Assembly: GCA_948468505.1 (NCBI GenBank)
Contig: CAOKJE010000002.1
Location: 1 to 58,650 of the forward strand
Direction of reading: 5' to 3'
Source: an uncultured Clostridium sp.
Lineage (GTDB): Bacteria; Bacillota; Clostridia; TANB77; CAG-508
Length of the DNA stretch: 58,650 nucleotides
Shown here: in pieces, positions 34,264-45,823 of the stretch
Layout of the letters: each line of letters starts with the position of its first letter
How positions within the stretch are numbered: the stretch's first letter is position 1
The notes under the pieces: model-generated
What the model saw: only the letters and a program-made list of their open reading frames with translations
What the model was told of the DNA's origin: nothing
Database searches by the model: none
Position numbers and translations under genes: made by a program

Positions 34264-34416
34264 TTTTCTTTTGCCTCCTATAATTTTTATTTTTTGTTGC
34301 AACTTTTACGTTTGCTATTTTATATTATCGTAAAAGGTTTGTAAAGGCTTTTTTGGAAAATTTTTCAAGATTTCATCGCAATTTTTTCGCCTTTTCGACA
34401 GGTTTCGTCAAGGTAT

Positions 34417-35188
34417 TTATAGGTTTATTCTTTTTATACTTTTTACCTTATTATTTGCATCGTCAATTTCAAAAATAACACCATTAAATATACATTCTCC
34501 GGCTGGCAATTTTGTATCTTTCTGGCAAGGTAGTTTCAAATCTTTTTAAGGATGCCAAAATATCCATTCCAATAACAGAATTTTTGGGTCCTGTCATTCC
34601 TATGTCTGTAATGTAAGCAGTTCCTTTTGGCAATATCTTTTCATCTGCTGTTTGTACATGGGTGTGTGTTCCAAATACAGCAGACACCTTTCCATCTAAG
34701 AAATAACCCATTGCAATTTTTTCGGCAGTAGCTTCTGCATGGAAGTCAACAAAAATCATGTCTACCTTATTTCTGATTTCTTCTATGATTTCTTTTACAG
34801 TAATAAATGGATTTTCACTCAGTACATTGATGTCTACTCTACCAATTAGATTGATTACTGCTATTTTTTTGTTTTGCCATTCATAAATGCCAAACCCTTT
34901 TCCTACTACTCCTTTTGGGTAGTTGGCTGGTCTTATTAGTTTGGGATGGTCTATGAATTGGAAAATATCCTTTTTTCCCCATGTGTGGTTTCCCATTGTA
35001 ATAACATCAATATTTAATGCTAAAATGTCATTGAAGTTTTTGGTTGTAATTCCCATTCCTTCTGCTGCATTTTCTCCATTTACAATGGTAAAGTCTATTT
35101 GTTCTTTTTTCTTGATTTGATTGATTTGTTTTTTTAGTTCTTGGATACCACTGTTTCCTATTAAGTCTCCTACTGCTAAGATTTTCAT
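34417..35188 (-). CDS. ymdB: 2',3'-cyclic-nucleotide phosphodiesterase YmdB family metallophosphoesterase (CGG +1 site at 34499..34501)
   Basis: MKILAVGDLIG...VNGENAAEG.GIT...GNHTW...DFHAEATAEK...GTHTHVQTADE. Tail restored as RYKIAS-G-ECIFNGVIFEIDDANNKVKSIKRINL. Confidence 0.88.
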
Positions 35189-35283
35189 AGTATTCCTTCT
35201 TTCCTTTTTAGTTTTGTTTATCATACTATAAATAGAAAAATAAAGCAAGAGCCAAAATTGGGTCTTGCCTTACTATTTTCATT

Positions 35284-36342
35284 TTAACAAACCTTTAGTT
35301 CTTGCTTCATTTCTTGCAATTGACTTTCGTTTATTTGTGTTACAGCCATAATTGTTTGGTCATTCATTTTTAATTTTAGCATATTGGTAATTACTTTTTG
35401 TAAGCTATCTTTTTGTCCTATCTTTTGACCTATCTCTTGTCCCATTTTTTTGGCTTCTTCTTCCATGATTCTTCTCTTTTCGTATTTTTCTTCAATTAGT
35501 TCAATTAATAGTCTTTCAAAATTTGTCATATTCCTTCCTCCTTCTAAAATTTCTTGATATTCTAATATGTCTTGATTATCTAATTTTTTTCTTACTTCAT
35601 TTGAATAATTTAAGATAACTTGCAAATATTCATTTTCCTCTTTCGTTAGTTCTTTTTTTGTTAAAATTTCTAGTATTTCCTTCATTTCTTCTTTTGTTTT
35701 TAATTTTTCAAATAACATGGCTTTTGCTACTGCTGTGTTGTCTGTTAGCATTTCTTCTTTTGTGTAATCATTGATATCAATTAAATTGTATCTAGGATAA
35801 TGTAGTGGCTCAAAACCATAATACTCTTCTTGCCTATCTGTTATTGACATAGGTGCATCCCACTTTTTTCTTCCTGTATAGAATACAATTGGGCATATTA
35901 ATGGATATAATCCTGTTTCTGTTTTCTTTTTTTCTTTTACATTTCGAATTAATTGTATGCAATATTCTGTCATTCTTTCTGGCATTTTGTAATCAATTGT
36001 GCTTTGGTGCTCTATTATTATATATACATCTCTTCCTTGTACTTTATAGATAATGTCTAACTCCTTTGTTTTAAATCCAGATGTAATTAGTTTTGGACTA
36101 CATTTTTCTAGCTTGTCCTCTTCTAATTTTACCGTTTTATATTCGGTGTATCTTTTTATTAAGTGAATAAATTCTTTTTTGTTATCTAATATTTTTTTGA
36201 ATACTTTGTCATGATATTGATGCGTCTTTTGGTTTCCATATTTTTCTTCTTGGTCGCTTAATATGATGTTTCTTGGAAATTTTGCTTGATATCTCCAATA
36301 ATCCACCATGGTAAATTCCATCATAGGTTTGTCTCCTTTCAT
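35284..36342 (-). CDS. Rpn/YhgA-like (PD-(D/E)XK) recombination-promoting nuclease / putative transposase family protein
   Basis: HDKVFKKIL, DIIYKV, IIIEHQSTIDYKMPERM motifs typical of the Rpn/transposase_31 family. Sits between rny and ymdB. Confidence 0.65.
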   Translation of the reverse strand: MKGDKPMMEFTMVDYWRYQAKFPRNIILSDQEEKYGNQKTHQYHDKVFKKILDNKKEFIHLIKRYTEYKTVKLEEDKLEKCSPKLITSGFKTKELDIIYKVQGRDVYIIIEHQSTIDYKMPERMTEYCIQLIRNVKEKKKTETGLYPLICPIVFYTGRKKWDAPMSITDRQEEYYGFEPLHYPRYNLIDINDYTKEEMLTDNTAVAKAMLFEKLKTKEEMKEILEILTKKELTKEENEYLQVILNYSNEVRKKLDNQDILEYQEILEGGRNMTNFERLLIELIEEKYEKRRIMEEEAKKMGQEIGQKIGQKDSLQKVITNMLKLKMNDQTIMAVTQINESQLQEMKQELKVC

Positions 36343-36688
36343 TATAATTCATTTTGCTTTTATAGTCAATTTTTATTTTAAGGTAAATTGACGGTTTTTC
36401 TTTTGCTTTTATGGTTTAACTTTCTTTTTCTTCTGTTTTCTTGCTTTTTAGTATTTTTCACTTCCTTTCGCTTTTTGATAAATTTTTGGAGTGTTGATAA
36501 AAAATTGATTAAAATTTTTTGATAAAATTGATTGATGTTTTGCAACTTAAAAATATTGCTTTTTCTATTAAAGCATAATTTTCCATTTTTTTCAAGTGTT
36601 TTTGCTATTTTTGCCAAAACTTTTCTATGAATTTTCTTACAAAATAAAAAAGCTGTGATTTTTTATCACAACTTTTCTATGAATTTTC

Positions 36689-38236
36689 TTATTTAGCATA
36701 ATCAATGACTCTTGTTTCACGAATGATATTAACTTTAATTTGACCTGGATAATCCATTTCGTTTTCAATTTTTTTAGAAACTTCTCTTGCTAAAATTGTC
36801 ATTTTATCGTCTGAAATTCTATCTGGTTTTACAATAATTCTAACTTCTCTACCAGCTTGAATAGCAAATGATTTTTCAACTCCGTCAAAAGAATCTGCAA
36901 TTTCTTCTAGGTTTTGTAATCTTTTAATGTATGCTTCTACGGTTTCTCTTCTAGCTCCTGGTCTTGATGCAGATACGGCATCAGCTGCTTGAATTAAAAC
37001 GGCTTCTAATGTTTCTGGCTCTACATCTTGATGGTGTGCTTCTACGGCATTTAGTACCAGTGGATTTTCTTTGAATTTTTTAAGAACTTCCACTCCTATT
37101 TCAACATGTGTTCCTTCCATATCATGGTCTAAAGCCTTTCCTATGTCATGCAAAAGTCCTGCTCTTCTTGCTAGTTTTGCATCTAAGCCAAGCTCTTCTG
37201 CCATAATTCTTGCTAAGTTAGAAACTTCGATTGAATGGTTTAATACGTTTTGTCCATAACTTGTCCTATATTTTAGTTTTCCAATTAATTTTACGATGTC
37301 TGGATGAAGACCAATTACTCCTGTTTCTAAAACAGCTCTTTCTCCTTCTTCTTTTATCGTATTGTCTACTTCTTCTTTTGCCTTTTCTACCATTTCTTCT
37401 ATTTTGGCAGGATGGATTCTTCCGTCATCAATTAGTTTTTCTAGTGCAATTTTAGCAACTTCTCTTCTTAATGGATCAAAACCTGATAAAACGACTGCTT
37501 CTGGTGTATCATCAATGATTAAGTCGATTCCTGTTAAGGTTTCTAATGCTTTTATGTTTCTTCCTTCTCTACCGATAATTCTTCCTTTCATGTCGTCATT
37601 TGGAAGTGCTACAATAGATACGGTAGTTTCTTGAGAATGGTCTGCTGCACATTTTTGTACGGCATAACTTAAAATTTCCTTTGCATTTTTGATAGAAGTT
37701 TCTTTTTCTTTTTGCTCTTTTTCTCGGATTAATGCTGCTTTTTCTGCTGTTAATTCTTTGTCCATTTCGCTTAGCAACTTCTCTTTTGCTTCTTCTTTGC
37801 TTAGTGCTGCAATTTTTTGAAGTTGTACCATTTCTTCAGCATGTAGTTGTTCGATTTCTTCTTTTTGTTTTTCAATTTCTTGTAATTCTCTTTCTACGTC
37901 TTGTTCTTTTCTTTCAAAGTTTGCTTCACGCTTTTCTAAATTTTCTTCTTTTTGCATTAATCTTGCTTCTTGTTTTTGTACTTCGCCTCTTCTTTCTTTA
38001 ATCTCTTGGTCTAGCTCTTTTCTACTGTTCATGATTTCTTCTTTGGCTTTGAAGATTTCTTCTTTTTTTAAATTTTCTGCTTCTATTTTAGCTAAATCAA
38101 CTAGTCTTTTTGCTTCGTTTTCTGCTCCTTGTATTTTAGACTCTGCAACTTTTTTGCGGTATGCCATTCCAAATAGGCTACCTATTGCTAATGAGATTAA
38201 GACTGCGGCGATAATGATTACTATGTTCATAATCAT
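36689..38236 (-). CDS. rny: ribonuclease Y
   Basis: 515 aa. N-terminal TM helix, long Glu/Lys coiled coil, KH motif [13 protein letters not shown] domain LLHDIGKA. No in-frame CGG. Confidence 0.95.
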   Translation of the reverse strand: MIMNIVIIIAAVLISLAIGSLFGMAYRKKVAESKIQGAENEAKRLVDLAKIEAENLKKEEIFKAKEEIMNSRKELDQEIKERRGEVQKQEARLMQKEENLEKREANFERKEQDVERELQEIEKQKEEIEQLHAEEMVQLQKIAALSKEEAKEKLLSEMDKELTAEKAALIREKEQKEKETSIKNAKEILSYAVQKCAADHSQETTVSIVALPNDDMKGRIIGREGRNIKALETLTGIDLIIDDTPEAVVLSGFDPLRREVAKIALEKLIDDGRIHPAKIEEMVEKAKEEVDNTIKEEGERAVLETGVIGLHPDIVKLIGKLKYRTSYGQNVLNHSIEVSNLARIMAEELGLDAKLARRAGLLHDIGKALDHDMEGTHVEIGVEVLKKFKENPLVLNAVEAHHQDVEPETLEAVLIQAADAVSASRPGARRETVEAYIKRLQNLEEIADSFDGVEKSFAIQAGREVRIIVKPDRISDDKMTILAREVSKKIENEMDYPGQIKVNIIRETRVIDYAK

Positions 38237-38422
38237 ACACCTCTTTCTTATTTAATTTTCAATGTTCGAATAAAATATATATTATTTTTTCTTCAATATA
38301 TTTTTTCCTTCCTATTCTATTGTATCTTTATTATTGTAAACTGTCAAGTGATTTTGAAGAAAAAAGCGAATTCCTACTGTATAAAAAACTAGACTAGCAA
38401 AATACTAATCTAGTTTTTTATT

Positions 38423-38908
38423 TTATAATTTAATAAATTCCACTTCATGTCCACAACTATCTAAAAACTTCTTTAAATCCGCAAATGTAATTAATACACA
38501 AGCCTCATTCGTATTTGGGTGAAAAGCTAACTTATCCTTGTTTTTTAAGTCCTTATCTAGTAAAACTTCCACCGTTTTTTCTGGATTATTTATTAAGCCC
38601 ATTGGACTAACATGACCTGCTTCTAGTCCTAAGTGTTTTTGTAATCTTTCGGCAGACCCAAAGCTTAATCTCGTACTATAAGCTTGTTCTTGAATTTTAT
38701 CCATCTTAGCTTGTTTGTCACCACAAAGGATTACTAAAAAATGTCTTTTTCCTTTTTGGTCTCTTAAAAATAGGTTTTTACAAATTTCTGCTCCTTTAAA
38801 TATGGCTGGGTCTAGATTTGTCATATCCTCTATCGTATACACTGGTGCATGTTTTACTAATTCATACCCAATTCCTAATTCGTCTAATTTTTTTAATACT
38901 TCTTCCAT
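38423..38908 (-). CDS. YbaK/ProX-type aminoacyl-tRNA editing domain protein
   Basis: 161 aa. CKNLFLRD.KGKRHFLV...HVSPMGL pattern of prolyl-tRNA-synthetase-associated editing domains. Confidence 0.65.
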   Translation of the reverse strand: MEEVLKKLDELGIGYELVKHAPVYTIEDMTNLDPAIFKGAEICKNLFLRDQKGKRHFLVILCGDKQAKMDKIQEQAYSTRLSFGSAERLQKHLGLEAGHVSPMGLINNPEKTVEVLLDKDLKNKDKLAFHPNTNEACVLITFADLKKFLDSCGHEVEFIKL

Positions 38909-38927
38909 TTTCCTTCTTCGTCCTTCC

Positions 38928-41900
38928 TTATTCTTTTACTACTCTAACATCGATTTTTAATTCTTCACCATTGATATTAGTTTCTATATAGGTCTCTCTA
39001 CTTTCATTGTAAAGAACATTAACAGCTAACGTATCATGCTTAATCAGTTCTTCGTTCTTTTTGATTACCTCTTCTATCATACTATTTCCAGCTACATAAA
39101 GGTTGATATTATCTAATACTTCAAAGCCTTTATCTTTTCTCATATTTTGAACTTTTGATAAGACTTCTCTTACATAGCCTTCTTCCTTTAATTCTGGTGA
39201 AATATGAGTATCTAATACCACACCAATTTCACCCTCGCCACTAAAAGCAAATCCTTCTTTTCCTTGCATAGTAACTAGCAAGTTGTCAGCATTTAGCGCT
39301 ATTTGTGTGTCTTCTATCTCAATGTATTCTATCCCACCATTTTTTACGGTGTTTGCTAAGTCCATTTGATTTTTTTCGCTAATTGCTTGCTTGATTTTTG
39401 GAATTAGCTTACCATATTCTTTTCCTAGTACTGGTAAGTTTGGCTTAATTTCAAAATTTACATAGTCTGACATTTCTGCCCCTAAGTCAATTTCTTTAAC
39501 ATTTAATTCTTCTTTAACAATATCAGCATAATACTCTGGTAATGTATCAATGGAAATTAACATTTTAGATAGTGGTTGCCTATTTTTGATATTCGCCACA
39601 TTTCTTGCACCACGCCCTAATTTTACAATTTTATAAGCCAAATCCATTTCTGCTTCTAGTTTTTTATCTATTTCATTTTCTTTTACTTCTGGCCATAAGC
39701 ACAAATGAACACTTTCTGGCGCCTGGCTATCTAATCCTACTACTAAATTTTGATAAATTTCGTCTGCCATAAATGGTACAAATGGGGCGGAAATTTTAAC
39801 CAACGTTGTTAACACGCGATATAAAGTACAATATGCACCAATTTTTTCATCGTTTAATTCTTGCGCCCAAAATCTTTCTCTGTTTCTACGTACATACCAG
39901 TTTGAAAGTTCGTCTGTAAAGTTTTCAATTAAGATAGCTGCTCCTGTAATATCATATTGCTCTAATTTATCATCAACATCTTTTACAACCGTGTTCAATT
40001 TTGAGATTATCCATTTGTCCATAATATTGCTTAACTTAAAGTCTACATATTGTAATGGATTAAATTGGTCAATTTCCGCATATAGCACATAGAAAGAATA
40101 TACATTCCATAAGGTACTTAGGAATCCTCTTCCGGGTTTCTTGTACATTGTTTAGTCCTAATCTTGTTGGAAGCCATGGTGCGCTACACGTATAAAAATG
40201 CCATCTGGTTGCATCTGCACCTACGGTGTCTAGCAATTCCATTGGGTCTACACCATTTCCTTTGGATTTAGACATTTTTTGACCTTTTTCGTCTAATACG
40301 TGTCCTAATACGATACAGTTTTCAAATGGTGTTCTTCCAAATAAAGCTGCCCCAATTGCTGTTAAGGTATAAAACCATCCTCTGGTTTGGTCTACTGCTT
40401 CACTAATAAAGCCTGCTGGGAAGTTATTGTCAAACATTTCTTTATTTTCAAATGGGTAATGCCATTGGGCAAACGGCATAGAACCAGAGTCAAACCAACA
40501 GTCAATTACTTCTTTGGCTCTGTGCATTTTCTTGCCACATTTTGGACATTTTAAGTCTACCTTATCAATATATGGCTTGTGAAGTTCTATATCTTCTGGT
40601 ACTTCGATTCCTTTTTCTTTTAGTTCTTGGATAGAACCAATACATTCTTGGTGGTGGCAGTTTTCGTCTTCACAAGTCCATACTGGTAATGGTGTTCCCC
40701 AATATCTATCTCTTGAAATTCCCCAATCGATTACGTTTTCTAAGAATTTTCCAAATCTTCCTGTTCTTATGGTGTCTGGATACCAATTTACTTTATTGTT
40801 ATTAGCAATTAATTCCTCTCTTAGTTTGCTCATAGCAACAAACCAGCTTTCTTTTGGATAGTAAAGAAGCGGGGTATCACATCTCCAGCAATGTGGATAA
40901 GAGTGCATGTGTTTTTCTTTGCTAAATAGCTTATTTTCTTCTTTTAACCATTTGCAAATATCTTCATTGCAATCTCTTACAAATCTACCTGCCCATGGTT
41001 CTACTTCTTTTACAAATTTTCCAGCTTTGTCTACTAAATTGATAAAGGTAATATCATTTTGTTTGGCAACTAAACTGTCGTCCTCTCCATAAGCAGGAGC
41101 AATATGAACAATTCCTGTACCATCTTCTAAGTTGACATAGTCACCATGGATTACTTCAAAGGCTTTTCCATCCACTTCTCCCCATGGCATTAATCTTTCA
41201 TATTTGGTACCAAGTAATTCTTCTCCTTTGAAGGTTTTTACCACTTCATAAGGGGTTTCTTTTAAAACGGTTTCAAGCAAATCTTTTGCTAAAATATAGT
41301 TTTCGTATTGTGGTTCTTCCTCTGTTCCTATGTTTGCTTTAACCTCTACATATTCGTAAGATTTGTTGACACAAAGTGCTAGGTTGGATGGCAATGTCCA
41401 TGGTGTTGTTGTCCATGCTAGAATATATTTGTCTTCATTTACCACTTTAAATTTAGCAATACAAGTTAAATCTTTTACATCTTTATAACCTTGTGCTACT
41501 TCATGTGAAGATAAAGCGGTTCCACATCTTGGACAATATGGCATCACTTTATGTCCTTCGTATAGCAATCCTTTTTCCCACATTTGTTTTAAAGCCCACC
41601 ATACAGATTCAATATATTCGTTGTGATAAGTAACATATGGATTTTCCATGTCAACCCAAAAACCTACTTTGTTGGTCATTTCTTCCCACATAGAAACATA
41701 TTGAAACACACTTTCCTTACATTCTTTAACAAACTTTTCTACTCCATATTCCTCAATTTGCTCTTTTCCTGAAATCCCTAATTTTTTCTCAATTTCAAGT
41801 TCAACTGGAAGCCCATGGGTATCCCAACCAGCCTTACGAATCACCTTGTATCCCTTCATAACCTTATATCTAGGAATAATATCCTTCATAACTCTTGTTT

Positions 41901-42078
41901 CAATATGTCCAACATGTGGCTTTCCATTAGCAGTAGGGGGTCCATCGTAAAAAGTAAAATATCTTTTACCCTCATTCATAGCAAAATTCTTTTTAATAAT
42001 ATCTTTTTCTTGCCATCCTTTGGCAACTTCCTTTTCCATTCCTACAAATCCATTTTTTAACTCTGGCTTTTTATACAT
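38928..42078 (-). CDS. ileS: isoleucine--tRNA ligase (CGG +1 site at 40132..40134)
   Basis: HIGH variant PHVGH, KMSKS present. Junction [37 protein letters not shown] after acc CGG aag. Confidence 0.95.
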
Positions 42079-42095
42079 TTTATCTTCCTCCTCTT

Positions 42096-42212
42096 CATGA
42101 TTTTGGGGACGGAGGAAAAAATCATGACTAAAATCTTTGTTATTCTTTATTTATCCACTCTATCTGTGCCATGATTTTTTCCTCCGTCCCCAAAATCATT
42201 CCAAAATCATGG
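42096..42212. repeat. inverted-repeat element, copy 2
   Basis: Arms 42096..42126 and 42169..42199 are perfect reverse complements and match copy 1. The 42-nt loop is unrelated. A partial extra half-repeat TCCAAAATCATGG follows. Lies between DUF1653 and the ileS RBS. Confidence 0.85.
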
Positions 42213-42220
42213 CTCTTTCT

Positions 42221-42469
42221 TTATTTGTTTTTGCTTTCGATTTCTTGTAGTTCAAATCTGTATTTTTGTTCTACGTTTGGATATTTTTCGTGGTCTACTT
42301 CTTCTAAAAACATGTCTAATGGACGAACACATAATAATGAAGTATCTCCATACAAGTGTCTGTATACTACCATTTTTTCTTTTGTTTCACTATGATAAGC
42401 TATATCTTCTACTAAATAGTAGTCTCCTTTAAAGTGTTTGTAAATTCCTTTAATTTTTAGTTCTCTCAT
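42221..42469 (-). CDS. DUF1653 family protein
   Basis: 82 aa. [33 protein letters not shown]...[12 protein letters not shown] matches the DUF1653 pattern. Confidence 0.7.
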   Translation of the reverse strand: MRELKIKGIYKHFKGDYYLVEDIAYHSETKEKMVVYRHLYGDTSLLCVRPLDMFLEEVDHEKYPNVEQKYRFELQEIESKNK

Positions 42470-42612
42470 TTTTCTTTTCCTCCTTCTAATTTGTTATCCA
42501 TGTTAAGGTTGTGTACGATGCTGATTTTCTTCGTTTGTTCTTTCCTGTTAAAAATCTCTACTACAGTTCGATTGCACAAGTTGCCTGCAATCGGCATGCT
42601 CTCAACAGAAAC

Positions 42613-42830
42613 TAAAAAAGCTATTTCAATCCTAATATTTAACATACTTTAGGACGAAATAGCTTAATTTTCCGCGGTACCACCTATTTTAGTAAATTTT
42701 TATTGAAACGGTGTTTTTTCTCCATCTAAAAAACATCGCTTTTATTTACTCTCTTCATTTTCCTTTAACGCAGGATTTTTACGGTCAAACTTACTTTTAT
42801 GTTTTATCATTTCAGTTTGACAACCAACTA
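42613..42830 (-). promoter_or_regulatory. T-box riboswitch leader (presumably Ile-specific) upstream of DUF1653-ileS
   Basis: Minus strand carries AATAGGTGGTACCGCGG (T-box core, 42672..42684), followed by terminator AGCTATTTCGTCCT...AGGATTGAAATAGCT plus T-run (42619..42664). AGAGAG box upstream. The specifier codon was not resolved by eye. Confidence 0.7.
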
Positions 42831-42998
42831 AGGTGATAATAAATAATTTTTACTTACCAAATTTTCAGCTACCTTTGGCTCTCTTTTTAAGATATTTTAT
42901 TATTTATCTTGTCCTTGTTATTGTTTTTCTTGTTTTCTATTGTTTATTATTATATCATATTTTTTTGTTTTTGCAAGGGTTTTTTAAAAAATATTGCT

Positions 42999-43295
42999 CT
43001 ACAAATATAAAGCGAAACGGAAACCAACACTGACGCCAGGGTAGCGAGGATAGCTGTAGCTACGACTGGAAGCTGGACTATTATCAACGATGTAACTGCC
43101 TCCACGACGAACACGACTGCTAGCGTCGTAAGCTTCCATTGTCCATTCAGTTACATTTCCTGCCATATCATAGATGTTCTTTTCCCCATATTCTGGTTTT
43201 GAACCTGTTGTTGTTGGAGAACTTGCTCCAAAATGTCCTCTACCTGTACTATTTCTTACATAAGAATTTTCTGCACAATTACCATTAAGTTGACA
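42999..43295 (-). pseudogene. 5'-truncated FGE-sulfatase (SUMF1)-domain gene fragment
   Basis: Open frame with no start codon encodes ...NIYDMAGNVTEWTMEAYDASSRVRRGGSYIVDN...GFRFALYL. Visibly higher GC and CGT/CGC arginine codons, unlike neighbouring genes. Confidence 0.6.
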
Positions 43296-43367
43296 TCATT
43301 TTCGTAACCATATTTTCAAAAAAAGATAAGACCTTCTTACATTTAAAGTCTTATCTTTTTATCTACT

Positions 43368-43862
43368 TTACACAGCTGTATATTCTCCCATATCAAAATC
43401 TTGTTTCCATTCTTCTAAATTGACAATTCTTGCATTATAAAAATCTAGTCTCTTATTATGATTGCACAATAGCTCTTTGAATTTGTCATGTTCGTTGTCA
43501 TTCACTCTTTGCAAGGTAAAAATTTTTTCAAATTTTGCATCCATGTACTCTTTCATTTCTACAAATTGTTCACTAATGCTTTGTTGCATGGTATCTAATA
43601 CTACCAAAATATCTTTTCTGTCTTCGATACGTCCTTTTTCTAATGCAGTTACTCTATCATTTGTATTATCTAATGTTTTGTTAATTTCTTTTAATTCTTT
43701 GTCATTTTGTTCCCATTTTTTGTCATTCTCTTGCCAACGTTTTTCATTCTCTGCCCTAAAATCATGTAGCTCTGCTTTAACATCATGAACCTCTGTCCTA
43801 ACAGCACGTAACTCTTCTAAAATCATTGTCTCTGTTGAAGCCTCCATCGTATTTTTCACCAC
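43368..43862 (-). CDS. hypothetical coiled-coil protein
   Basis: 164-aa intact ORF, Glu/Lys/Asp-rich heptad-like sequence, no known motif. Confidence 0.45.
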   Translation of the reverse strand: MVKNTMEASTETMILEELRAVRTEVHDVKAELHDFRAENEKRWQENDKKWEQNDKELKEINKTLDNTNDRVTALEKGRIEDRKDILVVLDTMQQSISEQFVEMKEYMDAKFEKIFTLQRVNDNEHDKFKELLCNHNKRLDFYNARIVNLEEWKQDFDMGEYTAV

Positions 43863-44026
43863 CCTTCTATAGCAATGTGAATTAAATGAAACAAAAGTCT
43901 TTTTATTATCCAGTAAAAATCACCTTTCGCCTTTTGTTGGTCAACATTTAATCATATGTTCCATTACTTGTCAATAGAAAAACCTAAAAAAATCAAAAAA
44001 TTCTTTAGGTTTTTCTATATTAATCA

Positions 44027-45781
44027 TTACGTTTCTCCCACTAATCCGCTATAATAAGCATTATACAGCTTACTATAATAACCATCTGGTTTATTTACTA
44101 GTTCTGCATGACTTCCTTCTTCCAAAATTTCTCCTTGGTTTAGTACAATAATTTTATCCACATTTACGATGGTAGACAATCTATGAGCAATAAAAATGGA
44201 AGTTTTTTCTTTCGAAATTTTATCTACTGATTTTTGAATTAGCTCTTCTGTTTTCGTGTCGATATTAGCAGTTGCCTCATCTAAAATAAAGATGGAAGGA
44301 TTGTGAGCAAATATCCTAGCAAATGCTAGCAATTGCTTTTCACCAGAAGAAAATGAACCGCCTCTTTCTTGAGACATTTCATTCATACCATTTGGCAAAC
44401 TATTTACAAATTCGTCAGCTGAAGCAAGTTCGATTGTTTTGGCAATATATTCGTCTGAAAATTTTTTATTTAACTGGATATTGTCCTTAACACTTCTTGC
44501 AAAAATAAATGGGTCTTGTAAAATAATACCAATTTTTTCTCTTAAAGAGCGAATGTTAATCTCCTTAATATTAATACCATCCAATAATATCTCACCTTTT
44601 TGAATTTCATAAAAACGATTAATTAAATTAGTAATGGTTGTTTTTCCTGAGCCCGTCTTTCCAACTAGTGCAATACTTTGTCCTGGTTCAATGGTAAAAC
44701 TAATATCTTTTAAAATCCAGTTTTCTCCTTCATAGGCAAACCATACATTTTTAAATTCTATCTTTCCTTTAACTTCTTCTAAAATCTTTCCCTCTTCAAA
44801 ATTTTCCAAATGCTCCTTGTGTTCTAAAATATCATAAATTTTGTTAATCGAAACAATTGCCTCTTGCACCGTTTCAAAATTTTCTACTAAACGATTAATT
44901 GGGCTAAAAATTTCTTTTGTATAAGTAACAAACACATAAATTAATCCTACATCAATAGAAGTACCAAATATATGATTCATAGCTGCCCACACGATAATAG
45001 CAATTCCTATATTTTCTAAAACTTTTAAAAGTCCTAATAATAATGCCTCTGTAATTCCTGTTGGTATTCTTGATTTCCAAAATGCGGAACAAAGTTCTTC
45101 ACATTCTTTTTGTTTTTCGTGTTGGCGATTAAAAATTTTAATTAATTTTACGCCATAAATCGATTCTGCCAAAAATATATTTAATTTTGTTTTCACTGTT
45201 TTAGAATATTCTTGTACTTTGTTACTAATTTTGGTAAGAATAATGGATGTTAGGATAACAAAAGGAATCACCGTAAAGGCACAAAGTGCTAATTGATAGT
45301 TTAAAGATAGCATCATAACCACAAAAGCAACAATCATTAAAACATCTTTCACAAAAGTAGTAATAACATCTTTAAATAATGTAGTAATATCTTCTACATC
45401 ACTTGTTATTCTAACAAAAAGCGTTCCTGCTGGTGTTTTATCATGAAAAGGAATATTGGCATATTGCGTATAACGATATAATTTATTTCGAATGGAATAA
45501 ATTACATTTTCTCCCATCATACTAGTTGCCGTTGTTACAATAAAATTGAAAATATTTCCTACCAAAACAATAGCAATATAAATAGCGCCTATCATACCAA
45601 TGGTAATAATACCTTTTTGATATAGATTAGCTGGTAAGTAATCATCAATTACAATTTTGATTAAATAAGGCTTTACAACTTCACCAATATTAATTAAAAT
45701 GGCTAAAATAGATATAATAGCTATCGATTTTACTTGTGGTCTTAACATTTTGTATAATCTTTGCAAAGTTTTACTTTTCAT
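44027..45781 (-). CDS. ABC exporter, fused permease/ATPase subunit (heterodimer partner B)
   Basis: 584 aa. Six-TM N-terminal domain, Walker A GKTGSGKTT, signature FSSGEKQ, Walker B IFILDEAT. No in-frame CGG. Confidence 0.9.
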   Translation of the reverse strand: MKSKTLQRLYKMLRPQVKSIAIISILAILINIGEVVKPYLIKIVIDDYLPANLYQKGIITIGMIGAIYIAIVLVGNIFNFIVTTATSMMGENVIYSIRNKLYRYTQYANIPFHDKTPAGTLFVRITSDVEDITTLFKDVITTFVKDVLMIVAFVVMMLSLNYQLALCAFTVIPFVILTSIILTKISNKVQEYSKTVKTKLNIFLAESIYGVKLIKIFNRQHEKQKECEELCSAFWKSRIPTGITEALLLGLLKVLENIGIAIIVWAAMNHIFGTSIDVGLIYVFVTYTKEIFSPINRLVENFETVQEAIVSINKIYDILEHKEHLENFEEGKILEEVKGKIEFKNVWFAYEGENWILKDISFTIEPGQSIALVGKTGSGKTTITNLINRFYEIQKGEILLDGINIKEINIRSLREKIGIILQDPFIFARSVKDNIQLNKKFSDEYIAKTIELASADEFVNSLPNGMNEMSQERGGSFSSGEKQLLAFARIFAHNPSIFILDEATANIDTKTEELIQKSVDKISKEKTSIFIAHRLSTIVNVDKIIVLNQGEILEEGSHAELVNKPDGYYSKLYNAYYSGLVGET

Positions 45782-45823
45782 TTGTTTGTCCTTTCTTTTG
45801 ATTTACTAAAGTACTAAGTTTAT

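Noticed and set aside
36378-36617. 79-aa ORF between rny and the Rpn-like gene
   Set aside because: It is a Lys/Asn-rich low-complexity translation of AT-rich spacer, with no RBS-like sequence and no motif. It is likely non-coding.
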